Source: Lachnospiraceae bacterium (GTDB lineage Bacteria > Bacillota > Clostridia > Lachnospirales > Lachnospiraceae). Taken from it: DNA of 64,000 nt. The notes beneath the pieces were generated by a model, which was given only the letters and a program-made list of their open reading frames with translations, was not told the DNA's origin and ran no database searches. A program made the position numbers and the translations under genes. Positions 54,718 to 62,088 of this stretch are shown in pieces. How positions within the stretch are numbered: position 1 is the stretch's first letter; each line of letters starts with the position of its first letter. Location: contig JAZOTN010000030.1 in assembly GCA_045657665.1 (NCBI GenBank), positions 38,364 through 102,363 of the forward strand. The letters are read 5' to 3'.

Positions 54718-56223
54718 ATGTATTGTAAGCGATGCGGAAAAGAACTGAAAGAGGATATGCGCTTTTGCGTATATTGCGGACAGGATCAACAGGGAAAGGT
54801 TCTGCCTGATGCTCCGGACGGGGTACCGAAGCGGAAAGAGATGCGTTCGGAAAAGAAAGAAGAGATTCCGATATGGATCCCGGTGCTTCTTGCTATAATT
54901 CTGGTGGTATGCGCGCTGGTTGTGCTGGTTCTTTTTTTGCATAGCAGAAGTAAGGATAGCGACGAACCTGCTGGAGAGCTTGTGGAAACATTGGAAGAGA
55001 GGATAGAGCAGGAGACGGAACGGGAAACAGAAACGACGGAAAAGGAGAAAGAGACGAAAGAGAAACTTTCCGGAAAAGGAATAGCGGAAGCGGCATCGGG
55101 AAACGATGGGGATGCATTCTTGATCAATTCGGATACTGTCGCGGATTACTCGACCTGTCTTGACCCGAAGCAGTATCAATACTACGATTCCGGGATCGTT
55201 TTTTTTAGTTTTTATTATCCGGTAAATCTTTTTAATCGTGTGGAGGTGGACGAAGAAGACAATTCCATTGTGATTGGGAACCAAATTGCAAAAAATGAGC
55301 AGTCGGTGCAGTTTTACGCATCAGATGGAACAGAGGCGTTGTTTCAGGTCATGAACCGCATGGAGGCAGGTGGAGTGGATCCGAAGTTGGGAGAAATATA
55401 TGCAGCGGAGAACCAGCAAAGATTTCATGGTGAAGGTGTGGGTGACCTGCATTATGAGAATGGATACGGTTGTTTTTTCCTGAGTGGATATCAGAACGGA
55501 AATGTGATTTATGAATTCGTGAACATGAATAACAACCAGATCTATCGCTTTTTTTCAATTACACCACCATGGACAGATATCAATGATCGCGCAATGAAAG
55601 AGTATGTGACAACCTGCATGGAGCGTATGACAGGATTTGCATATTCCAAAGAGGTTCCGACATATGAGGAATTTCTGGAGAAAAATGCGGAGCGTTTTCG
55701 TGATTCCGAGTGGGCTTCAGAGACGAAGGGGATCATGCTGTCGCCGGATGTGGTTGATTTTGTTTACTCTACATTCGGAGAAGCAAAGTCAAAGTATACC
55801 ATGGTGGATTCGGAATTCACGCATGCGGGTCTGTATCAATCTACGGCAATAGAGCTGGGAGTTTCCGGGCAGTATGATGGTTATCACAACGATACTTGGA
55901 TCATGATGGATTCTGACGAATGTACCGAAGCGATTGGAAAAGTAAGCGCGATTTTTCCCGGCTATCAGCAGGCAATGCCGATAGAGAAGTTTGCCGCAAG
56001 TGTTTATGCAGACGGAGAAAAATCAGGCTCGGCGGTTCTTCGCTATGAGCCGGAAGGATATATGCCATATGGCGGAGAGTACTATGAAATATACATCCCG
56101 ACCAAATTGCCGAGCGGGATGGGAGTGACGATGACATTGATTGTTTCAACGAGTGACTTTTCCGGGACGCTGGATCCGTCTAAGACGGTTATTTTGGTGA
56201 GGGATTATGTCCCGTTGTCATAG
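54718..56223 (+). CDS. Zinc-ribbon / single-pass membrane protein with an unknown ectodomain (501 aa)
   Basis: MYCKRCGKELKEDMRFCVYCG, TM IWIPVLLAIILVVCALVVLVLFL, an acidic linker (ETERETETTEKEKETKEK), and a ~370-aa unassigned domain. Confidence 0.72.
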   Translation: MYCKRCGKELKEDMRFCVYCGQDQQGKVLPDAPDGVPKRKEMRSEKKEEIPIWIPVLLAIILVVCALVVLVLFLHSRSKDSDEPAGELVETLEERIEQETERETETTEKEKETKEKLSGKGIAEAASGNDGDAFLINSDTVADYSTCLDPKQYQYYDSGIVFFSFYYPVNLFNRVEVDEEDNSIVIGNQIAKNEQSVQFYASDGTEALFQVMNRMEAGGVDPKLGEIYAAENQQRFHGEGVGDLHYENGYGCFFLSGYQNGNVIYEFVNMNNNQIYRFFSITPPWTDINDRAMKEYVTTCMERMTGFAYSKEVPTYEEFLEKNAERFRDSEWASETKGIMLSPDVVDFVYSTFGEAKSKYTMVDSEFTHAGLYQSTAIELGVSGQYDGYHNDTWIMMDSDECTEAIGKVSAIFPGYQQAMPIEKFAASVYADGEKSGSAVLRYEPEGYMPYGGEYYEIYIPTKLPSGMGVTMTLIVSTSDFSGTLDPSKTVILVRDYVPLS

Positions 56224-56662
56224 CTTGTTGGCAGAGGTAAAAAAGGCGAGAGGTTTGTTGAAATATAACGATTGCAAAAAGCATGATGTAGAAAATGAAT
56301 CCTGATATGAAGTCTGGTTACTTTATTTCAGGGATTATTATGTCGGAAATTCTTTCTTTACAAGATAGTAGAACCATGCTATAGTGGCTCTATCAATTCG
56401 AAGATGGTATCAGAACGTTTCGTTCATATTTTCCACGAATTACGATAACAGAATGAAAGCAACCTAAGATCCTTTCGTAATGCACTGCATGTATCGTCTT
56501 ATGGTCTTATCATCTCGAATTGAAATTCAAAAACAAAGGAGATGATGCAAGGAGGAGGACGTGATTTGGGGTGTTGGGGCTGTTTTTGTGTAGAGACGGA
56601 AATTGCCCGTGGATGTGCTTGCATGGGGATGCAGGCGTGTTTATAATGAAAGGAGAAGTATT

Positions 56663-57577
56663 TTGAGTGGGGTTAACAATGAGTATAAGGATCGTCTGTT
56701 TGGAGCGATATTCGGACGGACGGAACACCGAAAGTGGACGCTGAGTTTGTATAATGCGATCAACGGCTCTTCGTATGAGGATCCGGAGGAGATCGTAATC
56801 AATACGATGGATGACAGCGTTTACATGGGAATGAAGAATGATGTCTCGTTTATCCTGCAGGGACGGATCAGTATTTATGAGCAACAGAGCAGTTTCAACC
56901 CGAACATGCCGTTGCGTGAATTTATGTACGCAGGAAGATTGTACGGAAAGCATGTGCGGGAGCAACAGCAGAATGTCTATGGAGAAGCGCTGATTCATCT
57001 TCCGGTTCCGAGACTGGTAGTTTTTTATAATGGATCGCGGAACAAAAAGAACCAAATTCTTAGGCTGTCAGATGCATTTCCGGATGAGATTAAAAAAGAG
57101 TCGGACATCGAAGTCAAGGTTCGGATGATCAACATCAATTACGGACATAATCGAGAGTTGATGAAAAAATGTAAGCCACTTGCGGAATATGCATGGTTTG
57201 TGGATATGATTCGAAAAAACATGGATACGATGGAGATTGAGGCCGCGGTGGATAGGACAATTGATGCCATGCCGGAGGACTATGAAATCAAGAGCTATCT
57301 GATGGGCAATAGAGAGGAGGTCAGGATGTATTTCATAACAGAATATGATGAAGAAGAACACATGAAGCTTGTGCGGCGGGACGCCAGAGAAGAAGGAAGA
57401 GAAGAAGGCATAGAACAAGGCATAGAACAAGGCATAAAAGGCTTTATTGAGGACAAACTGGAGGACGGCATCCCGATTGATAAGATTCGGGAAAAGCTGA
57501 AGAGGATCTATCAGCTGCCCCCGGAGAAGATTGAAGAATACCTGGAAAAATACGCGGCAAATATGGCTGCATCATAA
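56663..57577 (+). CDS. Rpn-family recombination-promoting nuclease / putative transposase (PD-(D/E)xK)
   Basis: NEYKDRLFGAIFGRTEHRKWTLSLYNAINGSSYEDPEEIVINTMDDSVYMGMKNDVSFIL is the characteristic N-terminus. The C-terminal EEGREEGIEQGIEQGIKG repeat is typical of Rpn/YhgA-like proteins. The TTG start at 56663 follows AAAGGAG. Confidence 0.75.
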   Translation: MSGVNNEYKDRLFGAIFGRTEHRKWTLSLYNAINGSSYEDPEEIVINTMDDSVYMGMKNDVSFILQGRISIYEQQSSFNPNMPLREFMYAGRLYGKHVREQQQNVYGEALIHLPVPRLVVFYNGSRNKKNQILRLSDAFPDEIKKESDIEVKVRMININYGHNRELMKKCKPLAEYAWFVDMIRKNMDTMEIEAAVDRTIDAMPEDYEIKSYLMGNREEVRMYFITEYDEEEHMKLVRRDAREEGREEGIEQGIEQGIKGFIEDKLEDGIPIDKIREKLKRIYQLPPEKIEEYLEKYAANMAAS

Positions 57578-57629
57578 GCGTGATCGCAGGTTTTCCGCCA
57601 AGACAGCAGCCGGTGAAGGAAAGAGGTTT

Positions 57630-58520
57630 TTACACCTCCACATTATCCGGGACGCAGGCGCGGAGCTCGACCTTGGGGATGGTGCAGAAGATGTCCACAA
57701 GCTCCTTGTCCAGTTGAGTTCCCGCGACCTCCTTCATAATCTCGATGGCTTCTTCATGTGCCCGCGGCGGCTTGTAGGAACGCCGCATGGTGATGGCGGC
57801 ATAAGTGTCGGCGACGGCTATGATCTTTGCGGGATAGGGGATCTGGTCACCCGGAATGCAGTAATAGCCGGTTCCGGTCAGGTTTTCATGGTGGTATTCA
57901 ATCCAGGGAAAGATCTCCTGAAAGGACCCTAAGGGATGCAGGATCTCCACTCCGAGACGCGGATGGTCGCGCATGATTTCCCATTCCTCGTCGGACAGAG
58001 GAGCGGGTTTATTAAGGATTTCCTCCGGAATTCCGAGCTTTCCCACATCATGCATGAGCGACGCGAAATCCAGACTGAGACGGTTGATCTGACTCTGTGT
58101 AGAAAAAGGGAGGCGGTTATAGAGCAGCATGGTCACATTACGAACGTAACGGCTGTGCCCCTTCAGATTCGGATCTCTTGCATCCACCACACTGATCAGG
58201 GTTTCCGCAACGTTCAGACAGTTTTCCTTGATAGTTCTTGTCAGGCGGAAGAGCAGCGTCAGGATGATCGAAACAAAGATGCTGCCGCCGAGCAGTACGA
58301 AACCCATGACAAGATTGGGCCTGTCATGCACGGCGATAAAAATATAACCTCCCAGGAAAAAGATCAGTAGAAACAGCGCGATTCGTTCCCAGATCCGGCT
58401 TTGCATGTCGCCGGAGGAGAGGACATCCTTTGTCTTTTTCAGGAAACGACCGTATCGAATGATGTTTGAAACCATCAAAGCGGCTCCTGTAGCGATCATC
58501 AGATAAATAATAATTTGCAT
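57630..58520 (-). CDS. Membrane-anchored HD-GYP-type phosphohydrolase (variant GYP motif)
   Basis: Two N-terminal TMs and the HD motif LMHDVGKLGIPEEIL. The second motif is HHENLTGTGYY instead of the canonical HHExxDGxGYP. Confidence 0.75.
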   Translation of the reverse strand: MQIIIYLMIATGAALMVSNIIRYGRFLKKTKDVLSSGDMQSRIWERIALFLLIFFLGGYIFIAVHDRPNLVMGFVLLGGSIFVSIILTLLFRLTRTIKENCLNVAETLISVVDARDPNLKGHSRYVRNVTMLLYNRLPFSTQSQINRLSLDFASLMHDVGKLGIPEEILNKPAPLSDEEWEIMRDHPRLGVEILHPLGSFQEIFPWIEYHHENLTGTGYYCIPGDQIPYPAKIIAVADTYAAITMRRSYKPPRAHEEAIEIMKEVAGTQLDKELVDIFCTIPKVELRACVPDNVEV

Positions 58521-58790
58521 CTTTTCTTCCCCGTAAAAATAATAAAACTGCCATGAAAAGAACCATAAAGATTATAGCACAGTTCCGGTGGTTATGTTAT
58601 GCGGATATTATCCGTTTTTTTTGGCAGCGGATTTTCTGGGATCTTTTTTTATACGGATTGGCGCAATTTCATTGCATTCGGGACAAGGTAAACGGCAATT
58701 ATTTGCGCGAAGAAATATAACTGACCATGGACAAAGAATACGAAACCGTGTAAAATGGTTTAGGATTATGAGAATTAGGAGGGACTTTAT

Positions 58791-59222
58791 ATGTCAATAT
58801 TGATGACAACCGGTGCATCCGGTGCTACAGGAGGCGGAATGGCTGGCGGTGGAGCAATGATGATCGTATGGATCGTTGTTCTGGTCGCTTTCATGTATTT
58901 CTTCATGATCCGTCCGCAACAGAAAGAAACCAAAAAGAAAAATGCAATGATGAATTCGCTGGAGGTCGGCGATACCGTCCTTACGACCAGCGGATTTTAC
59001 GGAACCGTGATTGATATGAATGAAGACACGGTGATCGTTGAGTTCGGCAGCAACCGAAATTGCCGAATCCCTATGCAGCGTGCTGCGATCTCCGCGGTAG
59101 AAAAGCCGGAGCAGGCTGTTGAGGAGAAGCCATCGAAAGAAGAGAAGAAGGATAAGGATAAAGATGGCGAAAAGAAAGGGTTTTCGTTGTTCGGCAAAAA
59201 GAAGGACGAGGAACAAAAGTGA
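58791..59222 (+). CDS. yajC: Preprotein translocase subunit YajC
   Basis: TM followed by FFMIRPQQKETKKKNAMMNSLEVGDTVLTTSGFYGTVIDMNEDTVIVEF, the YajC signature. Confidence 0.88.
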   Translation: MSILMTTGASGATGGGMAGGGAMMIVWIVVLVAFMYFFMIRPQQKETKKKNAMMNSLEVGDTVLTTSGFYGTVIDMNEDTVIVEFGSNRNCRIPMQRAAISAVEKPEQAVEEKPSKEEKKDKDKDGEKKGFSLFGKKKDEEQK

Positions 59223-60157
59223 AAACATATTGCTATGGGGTGGATGTCGGAGGAACGACTGTCAAGATCGGCCTTCTCAATGTAGACGGAGAGCTTCTTG
59301 ACAAATGGGAGATCCCGACCGACACGACAAATAATGGAGAAAAGATCCTTTCGGATATTGCTTCTTCCATCCGGGAAAATGCCACGGAAAAAAAGATCGA
59401 TTTTTCAGATGTGCTTGGTGTCGGGATCGGAGTTCCGGGCGCCGTGCTTTCTGACGGCACGGTAAACCGCTGTGTGAATCTCGGCTGGGGCGTAAAGCAG
59501 GTTGGAAAAGAGCTTTCAGAGCTCCTTGATCTCCCTGTCCGAGTCGGGAATGACGCGAATGTTGCCGCGCTCGGCGAGATGTGGCAGGGCGGCGGTAAAG
59601 GCCATCGTGACGTTCTCATGGTAACGCTCGGAACCGGAGTCGGCGGAGGTCTCATAGTAGACGGAAAGATAATTGTGGGAGCTCACGGGGCAGGCGCAGA
59701 GATCGGTCATATCTCGGTCAGCCGCGAGGAAACTGAGGCCTGTGGCTGCGGTAATTACGGGTGCCTGGAACAGTACGCGAGTGCGACCGGCATTGTCCGT
59801 ATGACGAAAAAGCTCCTTGCAAAGGAGACCGCCCCGTCATCTCTTCGCAATATTGAACTTACTTCTAAGGATATCTTTGACGCGGCGAAGGATGGAGATG
59901 AACTGGCAAAGAAGGCAGTGGCTGATTATTGCGAAACGCTTGGATTCGGACTTGCTGCTGCATGCAATACTGCCGATCCCGAGATTGTGGTTATAGGCGG
60001 CGGCGTATCAAGGGCGGGACAATCTCTCCTTGATGCCGTAAAAAAGGCCTTCCGGAAATACGCGTTCCATGCCTTGAAGGATACGGCGTTTGCCCTCGCG
60101 ACGCTCGGAAATGATGCAGGGATGTACGGCTCGGCAAGACTCCTTTTGGATGATTGA
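59219..60157 (+). CDS. glcK: ROK-family glucokinase
   Basis: GVDVGGTTVKIG, ROK Zn motif CGCGNYGCLEQYAS and VIGGGVS. The GTG start overlaps the yajC stop within the tetranucleotide GTGA. Confidence 0.88.
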   Translation: MKTYCYGVDVGGTTVKIGLLNVDGELLDKWEIPTDTTNNGEKILSDIASSIRENATEKKIDFSDVLGVGIGVPGAVLSDGTVNRCVNLGWGVKQVGKELSELLDLPVRVGNDANVAALGEMWQGGGKGHRDVLMVTLGTGVGGGLIVDGKIIVGAHGAGAEIGHISVSREETEACGCGNYGCLEQYASATGIVRMTKKLLAKETAPSSLRNIELTSKDIFDAAKDGDELAKKAVADYCETLGFGLAAACNTADPEIVVIGGGVSRAGQSLLDAVKKAFRKYAFHALKDTAFALATLGNDAGMYGSARLLLDD

Positions 60158-60160
60158 CGG

Positions 60161-60224
60161 GAGGAGACAGGGGACGGTTCTGTGTCTCTTTAAAACGAGA
60201 CACAGAACCATCCCCTGTCTCCTC
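60161..60224. terminator. Bidirectional terminator between convergent genes
   Basis: 28-bp near-perfect stem GAGGAGACAGGGGACGGTTCTGTGTCTC / GAGACACAGAACCATCCCCTGTCTCCTC around loop TTTAAAAC. Confidence 0.75.
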
Positions 60225-60234
60225 GAATAAAATA

Positions 60235-62088
60235 CTACAGGGTGATCACAGTATTGTTCATCCCGTAAGCAGCATTATAACTGACGCTCTTTGCAGCGGC
60301 GAATACAAGACGGATTCCAACATTTTGTGTGGGATCCGTTTCTGATTCTTCGGCAATCTGCTGGCGTTTGATCAGGTCGAAAGGTTTTCCGTCATCCCGG
60401 AAACGGATCGTGATCTGCGCGTCTTCTGCATTTTTCGATACAAACTTGATAAACAGCCGGACGCTAAGCTGCTGCTTTTCAGAGGTAAAGCCGTAAGTCA
60501 CCACATTGATCGCCAGTTCCTCCGTACAGAGTGCGGCAAGGAAGGCGCGGTTCTCATCAATCCCTTTTTCAAGACAAAATGTATGTACTTCCTTGGAGAT
60601 GCCGATGGCATCTTCTTTTGTATGGAAAAGCGCAAAAAGGCAATCCTCATCCGGCACACCGTAGTCGTCCGGAAGAAAGAGGATCTGTTTGATGCTTGTG
60701 ACAAGGCGCTTATTCTTGATGCAGAGAATGATATAAAGAGCCACGGTCAGTATAACCTCGCTGATACCGTAGGCGATAAAGACTCCCTTCTCGCCCATGA
60801 GCCAACCGAGCAGATAGACGAGGACCACGGTTGTGACGAGCCTGTCTACGATCATGATGGCATTCGAAATCTTCAGGTAACCAAGCGCCTGAAGATAAAA
60901 CGCACCGCATTGATTCAACGCAAGAAACGGGATTCCGATCACATACCACCGGATGGCATAGGTGGCTGTTTCAATAACCGAAGCGTCGCCGTGAACAAAG
61001 AAGGTGGCGAGAGGTCTTGCAAAGATAAAGAAAATGACAGCTGCCGCCGTACTCCAGAAAACAGCATGAAACAGCATCTTTCTGCAGGCATGTTCCATTT
61101 CCTCCCGGTCGGATTCGGCATAGAAAGTCCCGGTGAGCATCAGTACCATGGTGGATAAGGAGAGTACAAGGCACAGCGGGAAACGGGTAGCGGAGTTCAT
61201 GACAGACATGGCGGCCATGGTGCTCACGGTTCCGATATAAAGGATGAAACGGTTGGTCAGCACGGGCGCAACCAGATCACAGAGCCGTTTTAGGGCCGTC
61301 GGAATGCCTTCCCTCAGAATGTCGAGGCTCCCCCGGACACTGAAGCAGTGTTTGAGGTTGACCTTTAATCCTCTTCGTTTTACCAGGTAGAAAAACACCA
61401 GTACCAGACACCCGAATACATAGGAAATGGCACTTGCCGCGCCAAGTCCGAAGGTGCCTCCGTCGAAAACGGCGGAGGAAATGTAATCCGCAGCGAAATC
61501 CACCCCCAAAATGAATATTGAGGAAACATACATACATTTGTTTCCGCCGGCCATGTTGACCATAGGTGCGAGAAGCTGCCGGAAAATTATGAAACTCGCT
61601 CCGAGGGAAAAGCCGCGGATATAGTTGGTGACGGCAGGAAGCAGTTCCGGCTTCTGGTTCCCTCCAAAAAGGCGGGCAATGGGTTCCGCGCCGCCGACAC
61701 AGACAACGGTCAGGATCACGGAAAGGATCAGCGACCAGAAAACGGCGAGGGAAAACACTTTACTCGCTTTTTCCTGAGCGGATTTTCCGATCAGAGAGGC
61801 GCAGAGCACGGAGTTTCCGGTACTGAGGATACCTGCAGTGATGGTGAATATTGACAGAATCGGCGCGCCGATTCCGACAGCGGCAAGGCCATCCTCACCG
61901 TAAAATCTTCCCACGACGATACCATCGATGATGCTTGTCATGGAAAGACTCAGCTCTGTCGCAAACTGCGGAACCAGCGTTTTCCAGATCAGCTTTCCCA
62001 CCATGGCATCATTCTTTTGCTGGGCCGCCTCAAACGGGGGGATTATTATTTGCGTGTTGTCGTTTTTCATTGTCGTTTTCAAAATCAA
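60235..62088 (-). CDS. MATE-family efflux transporter fused to a C-terminal GHKL (SpoIIAB/anti-sigma-kinase-like) domain
   Basis: About 12 TM helices over roughly 460 aa. The ~150-aa cytoplasmic tail has an N-box-like TEELAINVVTYG, a G1-like RDDGKPFD, and C-terminal GIRLV...YNAAYGMNNTVITL. Confidence 0.7.
   Translation of the reverse strand: MILKTTMKNDNTQIIIPPFEAAQQKNDAMVGKLIWKTLVPQFATELSLSMTSIIDGIVVGRFYGEDGLAAVGIGAPILSIFTITAGILSTGNSVLCASLIGKSAQEKASKVFSLAVFWSLILSVILTVVCVGGAEPIARLFGGNQKPELLPAVTNYIRGFSLGASFIIFRQLLAPMVNMAGGNKCMYVSSIFILGVDFAADYISSAVFDGGTFGLGAASAISYVFGCLVLVFFYLVKRRGLKVNLKHCFSVRGSLDILREGIPTALKRLCDLVAPVLTNRFILYIGTVSTMAAMSVMNSATRFPLCLVLSLSTMVLMLTGTFYAESDREEMEHACRKMLFHAVFWSTAAAVIFFIFARPLATFFVHGDASVIETATYAIRWYVIGIPFLALNQCGAFYLQALGYLKISNAIMIVDRLVTTVVLVYLLGWLMGEKGVFIAYGISEVILTVALYIILCIKNKRLVTSIKQILFLPDDYGVPDEDCLFALFHTKEDAIGISKEVHTFCLEKGIDENRAFLAALCTEELAINVVTYGFTSEKQQLSVRLFIKFVSKNAEDAQITIRFRDDGKPFDLIKRQQIAEESETDPTQNVGIRLVFAAAKSVSYNAAYGMNNTVITL

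Larger units (their letters stand above)
40164..58790. other. Putative accessory insertion (genomic island) between tgt and yajC
   Basis: tgt and yajC are normally adjacent in both Firmicutes and Proteobacteria. Here 18.6 kb of surface-protein, small-ORF, zinc-ribbon, Rpn-nuclease and HD-GYP genes separates them. Much of 45-57 kb looks more AT-rich than the flanks. Confidence 0.5.

Noticed and set aside
54415-55284. 289-aa minus-strand ORF across two zinc-ribbon genes
   Set aside because: It spans an intergenic gap and two plus-strand genes that have clear CxxC/TM architecture. Its sequence is low-complexity Leu/Phe/Ser/Arg.
57531-58370. Plus-strand ORFs (133 and 144 aa) opposite the HD-GYP gene
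   Set aside because: The minus strand encodes the intact HD and HHE...G.GY motifs and TM helices. The plus-strand ORFs have no motifs.
40164-58790. The insertion as a prophage, ICE or transposon
   Set aside because: No integrase, recombinase, relaxase, conjugation, capsid, tail or terminase genes are present, and I found no terminal inverted or direct repeats by eye. The only mobility-linked gene is the Rpn-type nuclease, so the region is described only as an accessory island.
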